NCBI GenBank assembly: GCA_036171075.1
Contig: JAVHQJ010000235.1
Coordinates: 7,391 to 71,390, forward strand
DNA length: 64,000 nt
Reading direction: 5' to 3'
Source of the DNA: Sideroxydans sp.
GTDB lineage: Bacteria; Pseudomonadota; Gammaproteobacteria; Burkholderiales; Gallionellaceae
Under the pieces are notes generated by a model. That model saw only the letters and a list, made by a program, of their open reading frames with translations. It was not told where the DNA came from and made no database searches. The position numbers were made by a program, and so were the translations under genes. Below are positions 63,788 to 64,000 of this stretch, one piece after another (within the stretch, counting starts at the first letter, position 1; every line of letters begins with the position of its first letter).

Positions 63788-64000
63788 ACATCGCCGACCT
63801 GCCTAATTTTGGCGCCAAGTCGCAGCAGATGCTGGAGCAGGCGGGTATCAAGACGGTGGAGCGATTGCGTGAACTCGGTGCGGTGCGCGCCTATGTGCAA
63901 GTGAAGTCGATCGGCAAGGTGAGTCTCAATCTGCTGTGGGCGATGGAAGGCGCGCTGACGGATACGCATTGGCAAGTTGTGGCAAAGCAGGAGCGCCTGC
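63784..64000 (+). CDS. TfoX C-terminal domain protein (3'-truncated by the window)
   Basis: Translated by eye: MNIADLPNFGAKSQQMLEQAGIKTVERLRELGAVRAY...SLNLLWAMEGAL; ATG overlaps the upstream stop. Confidence 0.85.
   Translation, partial: MNIADLPNFGAKSQQMLEQAGIKTVERLRELGAVRAYVQVKSIGKVSLNLLWAMEGALTDTHWQVVAKQERL

Noticed and set aside
61688-64000. Integron cassette array
   Set aside because: The genes overlap or have short spacers lacking RYYYAAC...GTTRRRY attC structure, and no integrase is in the window.

Overview
Chromosomal segment of a betaproteobacterium, most likely Gallionellaceae/Nitrosomonadales (inferred from gene order and protein style). Almost all genes are on the + strand. In order: a pel exopolysaccharide operon (pelA 5'-truncated, pelB-G); fmdB-DUF502-aspS, with mrr and a ribonuclease/barstar pair inserted before nudB-nadA; a 955-aa repeat coiled-coil membrane protein coupled to ybhP-like/clsB; an Atm1-type ABC exporter; pbpG; an unannotated 24-aa membrane peptide; tamAB; class I fumarase followed by a HEPN-like ORF and a cluster of structured repeats; SRP RNA-dnaX-ybaB-recR-rluB; a cyclase(PEGA)/TssQ-like lipoprotein/Ser-Thr kinase module; ygfX-like; nadB; rpoE-rseABC-degP-lepAB-rnc-era-recO-pdxJ-acpS-nagZ; zipA-like-ligA-galU-hpt; a MITE-like palindrome; MTI phosphorylase, def, a K+ channel, an AlkZ-like glycosylase, DUF3124, DUF6157 and a truncated TfoX-C gene. 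Most notable are two inverted ~220-nt elements (33348-33568, 33695-33912) whose internal stems differ in sequence but keep base pairing, the cyclase-lipoprotein-kinase module, and the coiled-coil protein. No CRISPR array, tRNA, rRNA, integrase or transposase was seen. All family assignments come from motif recognition by eye, not database searches.
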